Part shown: one piece after another, positions 18,553 to 28,439 of the stretch
Layout of the letters: the number at the start of each line of letters is the position of its first letter
How positions within the stretch are numbered: position 1 is the stretch's first letter
Assembly: GCA_965249275.1 (NCBI GenBank)
Contig: CBDFLQ010000007.1
Location: forward strand, 256,001-320,000
Origin: Dehalococcoidia bacterium
GTDB lineage: Bacteria; Chloroflexota; Dehalococcoidia; Plut-88900
DNA: 64,000 bases
Direction: 5' to 3'
The notes under the pieces: model-generated
The model's input: only the letters and a program-made list of their open reading frames with translations
Told to the model about the DNA's origin: nothing
The model's database searches: none
Program-made: the position numbers and the translations under genes

Positions 18553-20955
18553 TCACGCCAGCACCCCTTCCGCCTGTAACCTTCTGATTTCTTCCTCAGA
18601 CATGTGGAGCAGTCCACCAAAGACATAGTCGTTGTCTTCACCAAAACGGTGGCAGCGCTCTATCTGTGCGGGCGTTTCAGATAAATGGATGAAAGGCCCG
18701 GGGTACTCTACAGAGCCTATCTCCGGGTCATCGACACCGGTGAAAAACCCCCGGGAGCGGAGATTGAGATCTTCGAAAATGCGTTTCCCATCCTGGACTA
18801 CCCCCGCTGGCACACCGGCTTCTTGAAGAAAGTTCATTACTGTCTCGGGTGCGCGCTCCCGGGTCCAATCCTCTATCAGTTGGTCCAACTCATCCTGATT
18901 GGCGTGCCGACCGGCCATATCCCCAAACCTCGCATCCCTACACCATGTGGGACTCCCCAACGCCCGACAAAGGCCTTCCCATTCTTCCTCGCTGCCGACC
19001 GCAATGGCGCACCATACATCGCTGCCCTTGCACCGATATACGCTGTGGGGAGCCATCCACGCATGTCGATTGCCCAAAGGCTGGGATACGGTCCCGTTGA
19101 CGAAATAGTCCAGGTACTCCGTCCCGAGGACCGCCGCCATTGCCTCAGTCTGGGCCAGCTCGATGAGTTGCCCCTCACCGGTTCGGTCCCTGTGGCGCAA
19201 TGCAGCCATAATGGCGACGCTGCCCATCGCCGCGCTCAAATAATCGGGAGTCCAGACCGGAGGGCCTGCGGGTTCCGGGTCGTCCGGGTAAGACCACAGG
19301 TGATAAAGACCGGTGATGCTCATGGCAACCGACGCCATCCCCAGATAATCTCGCTGGAATCCCGAGAGCCCGAATGCCGGGAGCCGAGCCATGAGGATGT
19401 CTTTCCGTAGCGCTTTCAGCTCTTCGTAGCCTAAACCCCACCTCTCCATCACCCGGGGACTGAAGTTCTCCACCACGACATCGCAAAATGGCACAAGCCG
19501 TCGAATAACCTCGCGTCCCTCCTCCGTACCCATGTTGACCGTAACACTTCGCTTGTTCCGGTTGACATCTGCGAAGGTTACCTTTTGCTGGAGAACTACC
19601 TTCGGGTCCAGGTCCGCTCTCGCCCGACCCCTCTGCTGCCTTGCATCCGACTCGACCTTTATAACCTCCGCACCGTTCTCACCCAAGACTTGTGTCAGCA
19701 CCGGCCCCGCTATGGCAAAAGTGAAGTCCAGGACACGAATCCCTTGAAGAGGCAAACTCGTTCCAGGCTTACCTGTCTGTCCCGCTTCAACCGAAGGCCG
19801 CAGCACCGGCGTTTTGGTTGCCGAAAGAACAGTGAGCACGTCTACGTTATGTTCACTTAAGCCGGGGGCGGGAGCGAAGATCGCACCGGGGGTCTCACTC
19901 ATCCTTAAGGGGCTGCACACTAGCCTGCTTCTGCCCGATACCGGGTGCTCCACGTCCACGAACAGGCCCCGTTCCAAAGCATATGGGTCCCGAGTGAATT
20001 CGTCGGGCCGGTTGATCGGGCCAATTGGGATCCGGTATTCCTGTCCTTTTCGGAACAGTTCGTCCTTGGACAACCCCCTCATGAACTGCAGTACTTGGGG
20101 CTCTATGAATTCGAGGTTTGCATTGCGTACGTGTCGGTTCTCCCAAATCGGGTCCATGAGGGCTTCCGGCCTGCCCATCCATTCAAGCAAATTGTGCCAG
20201 TGCCCACGAGGAATGATTACAACGTGGCAGAAACCGTCGCTGCCCGGGTAAACGCCCTCCGGCATTCCTCCACCCAAAGGGCCTCGGTTCCCCTCTCGCA
20301 CCAGGACGGCCCTATTGGCGCTGTAGTTCACCACTATGTGCTGCTGTGATGCACTCACTTCTTGGCACGACACATCCACCCGCTGCCCTAGGCCCGTGCT
20401 CTCCCGGTGTCTTAAAGCCATGAGCAGGCCAAATGCGGCGTAGGTTGACGCCAGCTGGTAGGGCTGACATTCAGGCTCGGCCAAAGGCGCCCGTGCGGGC
20501 GAACCGCACAGGTACATTACACCACCCATGGCCGATACCACGATGCTCGGCGCCTTGAAGCCGCTGTAAGGCCCATCGACCCCAAATCCCGTGATCGACG
20601 CCACCACCAGGGCCGGGTTTTCTTTCCTCAGGCTCTCGTAGTCAAAAGCCCCCTCCACCGGGGTCTCTATTATGGCATCGGCGGTGCGGGCCAGTCCTCG
20701 GAATGTCTCCCTCCCTTGGCCCGTGGTTATGTCGAGCGTGACACTCTTCTTGTTGGTGTTCAGGTGGAGGAAGCGCAGGCTTGCTTCGTCATCAGGCGCC
20801 CCGTGCCTGAACGGGCCTATGCGCCTTGCCGGATCGCCCCCAGGAGGCTCGACCTTTATAACTTCCGCACCGAGATCGGCTAGCAGACGACCACAGAACT
20901 GCCCCTCCACCCCTGCCATATCCAGAATGCGTATCCCGTCTAAAGCCGTCTTCAT
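18553..20955 (-). CDS. Two-domain fused CaiB/BaiF CoA-transferase
   Basis: Two LxGxRVLD..GAEVIKVE modules; Asp of 'TPDYLSA' in the second domain. Confidence 0.92.
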   Translation of the reverse strand: MKTALDGIRILDMAGVEGQFCGRLLADLGAEVIKVEPPGGDPARRIGPFRHGAPDDEASLRFLHLNTNKKSVTLDITTGQGRETFRGLARTADAIIETPVEGAFDYESLRKENPALVVASITGFGVDGPYSGFKAPSIVVSAMGGVMYLCGSPARAPLAEPECQPYQLASTYAAFGLLMALRHRESTGLGQRVDVSCQEVSASQQHIVVNYSANRAVLVREGNRGPLGGGMPEGVYPGSDGFCHVVIIPRGHWHNLLEWMGRPEALMDPIWENRHVRNANLEFIEPQVLQFMRGLSKDELFRKGQEYRIPIGPINRPDEFTRDPYALERGLFVDVEHPVSGRSRLVCSPLRMSETPGAIFAPAPGLSEHNVDVLTVLSATKTPVLRPSVEAGQTGKPGTSLPLQGIRVLDFTFAIAGPVLTQVLGENGAEVIKVESDARQQRGRARADLDPKVVLQQKVTFADVNRNKRSVTVNMGTEEGREVIRRLVPFCDVVVENFSPRVMERWGLGYEELKALRKDILMARLPAFGLSGFQRDYLGMASVAMSITGLYHLWSYPDDPEPAGPPVWTPDYLSAAMGSVAIMAALRHRDRTGEGQLIELAQTEAMAAVLGTEYLDYFVNGTVSQPLGNRHAWMAPHSVYRCKGSDVWCAIAVGSEEEWEGLCRALGSPTWCRDARFGDMAGRHANQDELDQLIEDWTRERAPETVMNFLQEAGVPAGVVQDGKRIFEDLNLRSRGFFTGVDDPEIGSVEYPGPFIHLSETPAQIERCHRFGEDNDYVFGGLLHMSEEEIRRLQAEGVLA

Positions 20956-20977
20956 AGGCGCTTATGAGTTTGTATCC

Positions 20978-21418
20978 TCAGGCCTTCGTCCGATATCCGC
21001 CCGTGTAGTAGTTCCACGAAAACAGTTTGGAAACTTCTACTCGTACAAGGACAGGGTTGATGGACTGCTTGAGCGATTCCGAGTACCTGAGCCCTGCGTC
21101 AGGTCCAAGATACCTTACGCAAATGCGTTCAATATACTCTGCCGCCTTGGACTCGGATTCCTCCACCTCCCCCGAACCGTATATCGTGACCTGTCTGTAG
21201 GGATAGTGATCGTCGTCGATGAGAAACGACATCCTCGCATCATTTTGGAGTGCCTTGGCCCTCGGCGCGGCCCTTCCGCAGAAAAAGAAAAGTTTGTCGT
21301 CTTCATACAGATACCAGGTGGCGACAAGATAAGGAAAACCGTCTGGGCTGTTGGAAGCCGCCCTGACAATTCGCGGTTCCTCCAAAAACCGCCGTACTTC
21401 TTCCTTGGACATTTTCAT
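20978..21418 (-). CDS. Pyridoxamine 5'-phosphate oxidase-like (FDOR/F420-binding split barrel) protein
   Basis: MSKEEVRRFLEEP..DGFPY..WY..LQNDARMSFLID..PYRQV pattern. Confidence 0.8.
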   Translation of the reverse strand: MKMSKEEVRRFLEEPRIVRAASNSPDGFPYLVATWYLYEDDKLFFFCGRAAPRAKALQNDARMSFLIDDDHYPYRQVTIYGSGEVEESESKAAEYIERICVRYLGPDAGLRYSESLKQSINPVLVRVEVSKLFSWNYYTGGYRTKA

Positions 21419-21540
21419 GGCGTAAACCTTCCCTTATTTGTTAATGAGAATACAGGACCATTTTCTCATTCCTTCGGCGCACTACAGTCGGCTAAGGCAA
21501 GAAACTACACATACCAGGCCCTGCATCGATCAGCGTCCGA

Positions 21541-22467
21541 CTAGAATATCGCCAGCGGATTAGCCGGAGACCCGGTGGCATTGTGGAATCTAAGGGGTGC
21601 TACAACCATCATGAACTCCCATCGATTCCGCCGAGCACATTCCACAGCGAGGTCCTCGAGATTGGCGTTGTCAATGAGCCAAAGCCCCAGGTGTGGAATG
21701 CCTATAGCGTGATTCGGCGACCGGATGCCTTCGTAGCCTGAGGGCCAGACCTCGTTGGATTGGTCACCGGCCAGCATGGCTATGTCCCGAGCCCGCCACC
21801 ACGGTATGCACGACGCATGTGGCCCGGGCCTCGGATCATCCGACGCCGAAAGTTCCCCGGAATAGCACCGCGCCAAATGCCCCGTGCGGATTAGCAGCAC
21901 ATCCCCGGATTCCACTCTCACACCCTGGGCCTTCTCTGCCTCTTCCAGTTCTTCGGGGAAGATTGGCTCGGGGTCCATCAGCCACTTCATCCCCCGCAGC
22001 CGGGGAATGTCCAGCAGCACTCCCCTGGTAACGACCCCCTGGGCCAGAAGCTCTATCGATTCCACCTCGGCCCCCGTGCCGCTCTTGACCAGGTTGGCCG
22101 GGAATCCGTTGTACATACGGCCTTCGGTAAAGATGTGGCAGAGAGCATCGACATGCGTGATCGAATTGCCGTGGTAGGCCACACCTATAAAGTCCCCCGA
22201 TTCCTCAGCGTCCGGGCCTGCCTCCCCGGTCTCCGTCATGTAGTGCAGCACCTGTGACATCGTTTCTCCGGGCAGGTCCTTGGATATGGTCCATGCACAG
22301 GAAACGGACGTCCCATCCATTACAAGCTCCGCCGCCTGACGACGCTTCTCATCGGTTACCAGGTTCAGCGTCCCCAGCTGGTCGTCGGCGCCCCATCTGC
22401 CCCAGTTGGAGCAGCTTCCGGCATATCCAAGGACCTCTTCTTCTGTCGGCAATATTCGGCTGTTCAT
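21541..22467 (-). CDS. Cyclase family (kynurenine formamidase-like) metallohydrolase
   Basis: NWGRWGADDQLGTLN, HGNSITHVDALCH, RGVLLDIP, GDVLLIRTG, TGSPANPLAIF. Confidence 0.9.
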   Translation of the reverse strand: MNSRILPTEEEVLGYAGSCSNWGRWGADDQLGTLNLVTDEKRRQAAELVMDGTSVSCAWTISKDLPGETMSQVLHYMTETGEAGPDAEESGDFIGVAYHGNSITHVDALCHIFTEGRMYNGFPANLVKSGTGAEVESIELLAQGVVTRGVLLDIPRLRGMKWLMDPEPIFPEELEEAEKAQGVRVESGDVLLIRTGHLARCYSGELSASDDPRPGPHASCIPWWRARDIAMLAGDQSNEVWPSGYEGIRSPNHAIGIPHLGLWLIDNANLEDLAVECARRNRWEFMMVVAPLRFHNATGSPANPLAIF

Positions 22468-22573
22468 ACTTATTTCCAAGCTCCTGATAACCTATAAGCT
22501 CACTGACGAGTCCCTGCAAGTCTTAACCTTTACGATAGGGCACGTCAATCATTGTCCGTGAAACACACTTGAA

Positions 22574-22603
22574 CAGGCCCGCAACAGTGTGTGTTCGGGC
22601 CTG
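22574..22603 (-). terminator. Probable terminator hairpin downstream of sixA
   Basis: caggcccg-c-aaca/tgtt-cgggcctg inverted repeat. Confidence 0.45.
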
Positions 22604-22617
22604 CTTCTCACCGACCA

Positions 22618-23121
22618 CTAACCGAGCCCGATCATCTGGTCGGGCGTCATTAGCCATTCGAGCCACCCGCACCGGGTACCGCCCAACGATACCAGCCTGA
22701 GCTTACACAACGCGCCCTTCTTTAGACGGATTAACGCGGTCGGGTCTCCGCTCACGACCATCGAGACAAAGCTGCTGAGGTGTGGCTCATGCCCGACTAC
22801 CATCACGTTGTCCATCGATGCGTGCTTTGAAGCCAGCTCTTCCAAGAGCAGATAAGGATGCGCCTCTGGGACAAGGGCATTGGATGTCACTAGCTCGCCG
22901 GGTCTTGCAAGGCCGTCTCTGATTATCTGCGCGGTCTGGGCGGCGCGTAGCAGTGGACTGCTAATCATCAGGTCAAGTGACAGATCGATGGCATGCAGCC
23001 CCTTAACCTGTTGAGTCAGTTTAGTATTCCCGTGTTGCGTCAGCGGCCGTTCGTCGTCGTTTGGGTACTCGTGCCAATCTCGTTCGGCTGCAACGCCGTG
23101 TCTTAGTACGTACAAATCCAT
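22618..23121 (-). CDS. sixA: Phosphohistidine phosphatase SixA
   Basis: LYVLRHG, RPLT, SSPLLRAAQTA, VGHEP motifs. Confidence 0.92.
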   Translation of the reverse strand: MDLYVLRHGVAAERDWHEYPNDDERPLTQHGNTKLTQQVKGLHAIDLSLDLMISSPLLRAAQTAQIIRDGLARPGELVTSNALVPEAHPYLLLEELASKHASMDNVMVVGHEPHLSSFVSMVVSGDPTALIRLKKGALCKLRLVSLGGTRCGWLEWLMTPDQMIGLG

Positions 23122-23293
23122 GCTAGCTGGAAACCCTCCTAGCCTAGCGGAACAATGTTGCCCGAGTCCGGCGCAAAACGGTGCGGTTAAATCGCACAGC
23201 CTACAGATTATGTCGCCTATCGGCTACATCGCGCAGCATTATGTAACCAAGCCATAGCCGAAAGCAACAGAACCTCGAGACTAACGCCAACCC

Positions 23294-23322
23294 TTGACAC
23301 TTCGCGCCCGTGCCAATATCCT
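23294..23322 (+). promoter_or_regulatory. Sigma70-type promoter of the btu operon
   Basis: TTGACA-17bp-TATCCT. Confidence 0.6.
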
Positions 23323-23350
23323 CATTCCCAAATCATAAACACAAACCACT

Positions 23351-23513
23351 CCCCGTTCAGGTGCCCATCCAGGGAGAATAGGGAAGGCGGTGAAAAACCG
23401 CCGCGGTAGCGCCACTGTAAGCGGGATTTGGAGTCGGAGTCCACTGTCGGTTAACCGATGGGAAGGGCCCGGCACCCGAGATCCACCCGCAAGCCAGGAG
23501 ACCTGCCCGAACA
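23351..23513 (+). ncRNA. Cobalamin riboswitch
   Basis: AATAGGGAAGGCGGTGAAAAACCGCCGCGGTAGCGCCACTGTAA, CCACTG..GGGAAGG and B12 box AAGCCAGGAGACCTGCC upstream of an ABC importer. Confidence 0.95.
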
Positions 23514-23619
23514 GGAGGTGACCACTCTCCGCATAAGAGAGGGTCCCTAGCGCGTTGGGCAAGAGTCCCGGGCAGAGCGCAACAAGACCTCCAGCGGAGA
23601 ACCGCAGGAGGTCGTTTTT

Positions 23620-24696
23620 TTGAGGGTTGTCAGCCTCAATACTCTGCGAATCTACCGTCAATCGGGCGTCGCCACCCGGCTCGCGGTCGGCTCCTCAGTT
23701 CTCCTTCTCCTCGTCTTGGCAACCGCCCTTGCTTCACTCAGTCTCGGGCCCGTCAACATACCCGTAGACCACGTCGCTTCAATTGTCCTGTCATATCTCG
23801 GACTCGATTTCGCGACGTTTGGACGCACCGAACAGCTCGTCATCGAGCAGATCAGGATTCCAAGGATTCTGGTCGGGGCCCTTGTCGGCATGGCCTTGGG
23901 CGTCGCTGGCGCAACCATGCAAGGCCTCTTCCGTAACCCGATGGCCGACCCCGGTATCATCGGCATCTCCGCAGGCGGCGCGGTGGGAGCAGTTGTGGCC
24001 ATCGCCTCTGGGCTGGCCAGTCTCTTCTTCTTGGCCCTGCCCGCATTTGCATTCGTAGGCGCGGTCGCTGCCTCATTCCTGGTCTACGGCATAGCCGCCG
24101 TCGGTGGCCGCTTCTCAATGGCCACGCTGCTTCTTGCGGGAGTGGCAGTTAACGCATTCCTGGGGGCCATTGTCTCCGCAATCATCATCCTCTTGCCCGA
24201 CAATGGAGCCCTCCGGGAGATATTGTTCTGGCTCGCGGGCGGCCTCGACTCCCGCTCCTGGGAGCACGTTCGTATCGCCGCTCCACTGATACTCGGCGGG
24301 ACGGCGGTGATAGTAGTCATGGCACGAGACCTGAATCTGCTAACTCTCGGCGACGATGAAGCTCGCTCCATGGGTGTCCGAGTCGGCCTCACCCGCGTCT
24401 CCCTTCTAACAGCAGCAGCTCTAGCGACGGGCGCCGCCGTGGCCGTGAGCGGGACTATAGCCTTTGTTGGGCTCGTCACGCCCCATATTCTTCGCCTGGT
24501 CCTCGGCCCCGATCACCGGGTGCTGATTCCCATGAGCGCCCTTGGAGGTGCTGTGTTCGTCGTACTGGCCGACACGGTTGCCAGGACCATCATCCAACCC
24601 GCCGAGTTTCGTGTAGGTGTCCTAACGGCATTTGTCGGGGCGCCCTTTTTCATTTTTCTACTCATCAGGAACAACCGACAGGTGTATTCATTGTGA
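23620..24696 (+). CDS. btuC: Cobalamin ABC transporter permease (FecCD/BtuC)
   Basis: IRIPR, QGLFRNPMADPGIIG, LGDDEARSMG, IAFVGLVTPH; behind B12 riboswitch. Confidence 0.9.
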   Translation: MRVVSLNTLRIYRQSGVATRLAVGSSVLLLLVLATALASLSLGPVNIPVDHVASIVLSYLGLDFATFGRTEQLVIEQIRIPRILVGALVGMALGVAGATMQGLFRNPMADPGIIGISAGGAVGAVVAIASGLASLFFLALPAFAFVGAVAASFLVYGIAAVGGRFSMATLLLAGVAVNAFLGAIVSAIIILLPDNGALREILFWLAGGLDSRSWEHVRIAAPLILGGTAVIVVMARDLNLLTLGDDEARSMGVRVGLTRVSLLTAAALATGAAVAVSGTIAFVGLVTPHILRLVLGPDHRVLIPMSALGGAVFVVLADTVARTIIQPAEFRVGVLTAFVGAPFFIFLLIRNNRQVYSL

Positions 24697-24721
24697 AATA
24701 CGGCAACTGAAAGGAGCCATC

Positions 24722-25912
24722 GTGTCCATTAGAAAGCTCAGTGCCCTCTTCGTCGCCCTTGCGGTCTTGCTGGTATTGGTCCTGGCGGCATGTTCATCCG
24801 CAACGCCAACGCCTGCACCAACAATCTCTCCGACCACAAGCCCAGTCTCGACAACCGTTCCACCTACCATCCAAGCCCCAGCCCCGACAGAGGTTCCAAC
24901 CGTGCCCTCGGCTCCGGCCCCGACAACGGCACCATCCCCGGTTCCACCCGCGCAGCTCGACCCCACACCCACTCCCAAACCGGCTGTCAACTACTTCGAA
25001 GGCGTCCCGGGTATCGTTGATCCCACCAACTTCGGATGGCCGCGTGATGTCGAGGGAGTAAACGGCATCGTCAGCATCCCTAGCAAACCTCTCCGTGTCA
25101 TCACGGCCTCCGTCGGCCACGATGAAATAACGCTGGCTCTGGTGCCCAAGGAACGGCTCGTAGGGGTAGGAAGTTCTACCAAGAGTGTCACCTACTCCAA
25201 CGTGGCCCCTTTAGTTCAAGACATAGCCGAGATCACCCGTGACCCCGAGACCATAATCACCCTATCCCCGGACGTCGTCGTCACTAGCCCCTACTTCGCT
25301 GCAGAGGGAATCGATGCCCTTTCAAGGCTTGGCATTCCGGTAGTCCAGACCGACTTGCACCAGGGCCCCGAGGCACGAATAGACAACATTCTGCTCATGG
25401 GTTATATCTTCGGAGAGGAAGACCGTGCCGTAGAGTTCGCTGCAGAGGTTGGGGATAGATATGAATCTCTGGTGTCAGTCACCGGGACAGCCGAACCGAA
25501 GCCTCGGGTGCTGGCGTTGACCCAGTATTCCGACACCATCTGGACCGCTGGCAGAAACTCTACAGAGGGCAGTGTCATTACTGCCGCAGGTGGAATCAAT
25601 GCAGCCGAAGAAGCAGGAATAGAAAGTAACCAGACTACGAGTCTGGAGGGAGTCATCGCCATGTCTCCCGATATCATCGTCATTGCCCAACCCGTGGAAT
25701 TCGGCGCCGCCGAGTTCCGGCAAAGCCTTCTCGACAACGAAGCCCTCGCCGAGGTCCCTGCAATCAAGAACGGCCAGGTTCACTTAGTTGAAGGCAAGCA
25801 CTTCACCACGCTCTCCTACTGGAACATCCGTGGTGCGGAAGATTTGGCCCATTTACTTTGGCCGAACCTATTCCCCGAACCCATAACCACCCCATTCACC
25901 CTCGCCGAATAG
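24722..25912 (+). CDS. btuF: Cobalamin ABC substrate-binding lipoprotein with Pro/Thr linker
   Basis: Lipobox LAAC, PT-rich linker, periplasmic-binding motifs (PLRVITAS, EVPAIKNGQVH); GTG after AGGAG. Confidence 0.85.
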   Translation: MSIRKLSALFVALAVLLVLVLAACSSATPTPAPTISPTTSPVSTTVPPTIQAPAPTEVPTVPSAPAPTTAPSPVPPAQLDPTPTPKPAVNYFEGVPGIVDPTNFGWPRDVEGVNGIVSIPSKPLRVITASVGHDEITLALVPKERLVGVGSSTKSVTYSNVAPLVQDIAEITRDPETIITLSPDVVVTSPYFAAEGIDALSRLGIPVVQTDLHQGPEARIDNILLMGYIFGEEDRAVEFAAEVGDRYESLVSVTGTAEPKPRVLALTQYSDTIWTAGRNSTEGSVITAAGGINAAEEAGIESNQTTSLEGVIAMSPDIIVIAQPVEFGAAEFRQSLLDNEALAEVPAIKNGQVHLVEGKHFTTLSYWNIRGAEDLAHLLWPNLFPEPITTPFTLAE

Positions 25913-25917
25913 AGTAC

Positions 25918-26727
25918 ATGATGAAAAACGGCACATCTCTTGCAATCAACGCGCATGCCCTCTCATACGAGGTAGACGCAAAAGCCCTGCTGTCCAACGT
26001 GGACTTGCACGCCAGGCGTGGTCAATTCGTTGGGCTTATAGGCCCAAACGGGGCGGGCAAGACCACCCTTCTCAGGGCCTTGGCAGGAATACTCCGCTAT
26101 CGGGAAGGCGCCGTTCTGTTGGAGGGCGCCGACTTGAAGGATGCCACGCCCAGGGAAATTGCAAAGACCCTCGGCCTCGTCCCCCAGATTGCTCCTTACA
26201 CCCACGGTTTCACTGCTCTCGAGCTGGTGGTCATGGGACGGTACCCCCACATAGGACGATTTCAGATCGAGGGTAAGGAAGACGGTCAAATCGCCAGGAA
26301 CGCGATGAAGTTAACCGAGACAGAGCAGTTCGCCGACCGGACCCTAGATACCCTTTCCGGCGGAGAGCGTCAACGGGTCTTCGTCGCTCGGGCCCTGGCA
26401 CAGCAACCCCGCATCCTTTTGCTCGACGAACCGACGTCCAACCTCGATGTCCTTCATCAGCTCAAGGTGCTCGGCCTCGTGAGGCGGCTCGTTGACGACG
26501 GCCTGACGGCAGTCGCCGCCATCCACGACCTCCACATGGCTGCACGTTATTGCGATCAGCTCGTACTGATGAAAGATGGCCGGGTCCTCGCCCAGGGCTC
26601 CCCCGAGGAAGTCCTGACTCCCGAGATAATCGAATCTGCCTTTGGTGTGAAAGCTTCCGTGTACCGAGACCCGATAACAGACTCTCTTACCATGACCTTG
26701 ATCGGCCCAGCGGACGAGCGTCCATAA
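25918..26727 (+). CDS. btuD: Cobalamin/iron-chelate ABC ATPase
   Basis: GPNGAGKTT, LSGGERQR, LLLDEPT, IHDL. Confidence 0.9.
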   Translation: MMKNGTSLAINAHALSYEVDAKALLSNVDLHARRGQFVGLIGPNGAGKTTLLRALAGILRYREGAVLLEGADLKDATPREIAKTLGLVPQIAPYTHGFTALELVVMGRYPHIGRFQIEGKEDGQIARNAMKLTETEQFADRTLDTLSGGERQRVFVARALAQQPRILLLDEPTSNLDVLHQLKVLGLVRRLVDDGLTAVAAIHDLHMAARYCDQLVLMKDGRVLAQGSPEEVLTPEIIESAFGVKASVYRDPITDSLTMTLIGPADERP

Positions 26728-26889
26728 GTTGGGATAGCGGTTAAGCTCGACGTAGTACCGCCCACCGAGCTAGGCCGCATCTACGCCGACGAACTTGGCC
26801 GTGCCAACCAACTCGTCGCGGCCGAGGCTGACGAAGTCTTCTTCATGGCCGCTGGGCTGTCGCTTACTCTAAAGAGCCCAAATCAATAG
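26728..26889 (+). pseudogene. cobU: C-terminal remnant of adenosylcobinamide kinase/guanylyltransferase (CobU/CobP)
   Basis: In btuD frame after its TAA: ..DVVPPTELGRIYADELGRANQLVAAEADEVFFMAAGLSLTLK*, matching the CobU C-terminus; no N-terminal P-loop part. Confidence 0.8.
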
Positions 26890-26959
26890 GGCAGTACAGG
26901 TGTCCGGCAGGCTTTCAATATTAGCGAAGTCCGATGGCGCCGAAGACGAGTTGGTAGAG

Positions 26960-27409
26960 TCAGCTGCCCGTGCCTGTCATCATCGCTGTGAAACGTCTCT
27001 GCATCTCTTCCGGCGTTACCTCTTCGAGAAAATGCCCGACATTCCAGCGATGCCCGGAAGGGTCTCGAAACCAGCCCGACCGCTCGCCGTAGAACTGGTC
27101 CTCCGGTTCGCTCTCGATCTCGGTCACCGCCTCGACCGCTCGACGAAACACCGCGTCGGCATCATCGACTTGCAGGTGCATCGTGACTGAGGTGCCACCC
27201 AACGTCAGCGGTCCTACAATGCCGTATTCAGGGAACTCTTCGGCCAGCATGAGCGTCGTTCCACCGAAATCGAGCACGGCGTGCCCAATGCGCCCATTGG
27301 GATCCGTCAGTCGAAACTTCTCAGTCGCCCCGAATACCGACTTATAGAACTCAATCGCCCTGGCGGCATCATTGACCTGCAGATATGCGAGCAGGTGATG
27401 GATCTTCAT
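26960..27409 (-). CDS. VOC family (glyoxalase/PhnB-like) protein
   Basis: YLQVNDAARAIEFY..VFGA, DQFYGERSGWFRDPSGHRW. Confidence 0.9.
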   Translation of the reverse strand: MKIHHLLAYLQVNDAARAIEFYKSVFGATEKFRLTDPNGRIGHAVLDFGGTTLMLAEEFPEYGIVGPLTLGGTSVTMHLQVDDADAVFRRAVEAVTEIESEPEDQFYGERSGWFRDPSGHRWNVGHFLEEVTPEEMQRRFTAMMTGTGS

Positions 27410-27502
27410 TCAGCAGCACACTACTTTCTACGGGGAGTTGATCTTGCGGTCGCCATCGCGGCATCCAAAGACCACTAGAAGTTCTTGATTATGTGAAGGA
27501 GT

Positions 27503-27577
27503 TGGTGGGCCCGCCTGGATTCGAACCAGGGACCAATCGGTTATGAGCCGACCGCTCTGCCGCTGAGCTACGAGCCC
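27503..27577 (-). tRNA. tRNA-Ile2 (CAT anticodon, lysidine-modified), CCA encoded
   Basis: GGGCTCGTAGCTCAGCGGCAGAGCGGTCGGCTCATAACCGATTGGTCCCTGGTTCGAATCCAGGCGGGCCCACCA; paired 1:72 and no GGG:CCC anticodon stem (not initiator); overall sequence Ile2-like rather than elongator Met. Confidence 0.85.
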
Positions 27578-27681
27578 CGGGAACTCAATTCTATCCCACC
27601 CCTCCCCACCCCGCAACACGGCTTTGCCGTGATATCCTCCCCTCCCACACCCTATCTAAACCCCTGAGAAACTATACCCAC

Positions 27682-28425
27682 ATGCACACTCAAACTGTCG
27701 AATTTACATCCGAAAGCCAGACCGTACGCGGCGACCTCATCGTCCCCGCTCCCGGGTCTCCCTGCATCCTCATGTCACATGGCTTCGAGGCCAGCAAGGA
27801 CGGCACCAAGTGGTCGTTCCTGACCCCGAGGCTCGTTGATCGCAGTTATACCGTGCTCAAATTCAACTATCGGGGCTGCGGTTACGGCTCGGAAGCCAGC
27901 GACGGCCTCTTCGAGGACACTACCCTATCAGCCCGCATCGCCGACTACCGCGCCGCCCTCGACTTCCTCCAGGCCGCCGATGTCGACCCGAACCGAATCG
28001 CCGTCATTGGCTCAAGCTTCGGTGGTGAAATTCCCGTCGCCGCCCAAGACCCTCGGGTCAAAGCCTACGTCCTTCTCGCCACCCCCTCCCGACCCCAAAC
28101 ACCCACCGAAGAACAGCTCGCCGAGTGCCAGGCCACCGGTTATTTCTCTCTCCCCTCGGGAAAGAGGCTCACACAAGCGTATTTCGAGGATGGGGAACGA
28201 TACGACCTGTGCAGTGCCGCCGCTCAACTGGACCGACCTACCTTGATCATCCACGGCGGTCTCGATGACGACGTCCCGGTTGAGCAGGCTAGGGAACTCT
28301 ACGCCCACGCCCGAGAACCCAAGAGGCTCGAAATCTTCGAAGGCGCCGAGCACGCCCTGCGCAGGACGGAGGACATGCAACGCATCCTCGAACTGAGCCT
28401 CGGCTGGCTAGGAACTTACCTGTAG
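27682..28425 (+). CDS. Alpha/beta hydrolase
   Basis: HGF, GSSFGG nucleophile, IHGGLDDDVP, GAEH. Confidence 0.9.
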   Translation: MHTQTVEFTSESQTVRGDLIVPAPGSPCILMSHGFEASKDGTKWSFLTPRLVDRSYTVLKFNYRGCGYGSEASDGLFEDTTLSARIADYRAALDFLQAADVDPNRIAVIGSSFGGEIPVAAQDPRVKAYVLLATPSRPQTPTEEQLAECQATGYFSLPSGKRLTQAYFEDGERYDLCSAAAQLDRPTLIIHGGLDDDVPVEQARELYAHAREPKRLEIFEGAEHALRRTEDMQRILELSLGWLGTYL

Positions 28426-28439
28426 AAGACTAAGCAGCT

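Noticed and set aside
24790-24985. Repetitive CCx/ACx-rich tract
   Set aside because: It is the Pro/Thr linker of the lipoprotein, not an independent repeat element.
25918-26889. Functional btuD-cobU stop-codon read-through fusion
   Set aside because: The appended part lacks the CobU P-loop and catalytic His region, and TAA is a poor read-through codon.
26890-27520. tRNA-anchored genomic island
   Set aside because: No integrase, and I saw no second copy of the tRNA 3' end in the window.
27503-27577. Initiator tRNA-fMet
   Set aside because: Has a paired G1:C72 and lacks the three consecutive G:C pairs in the anticodon stem.
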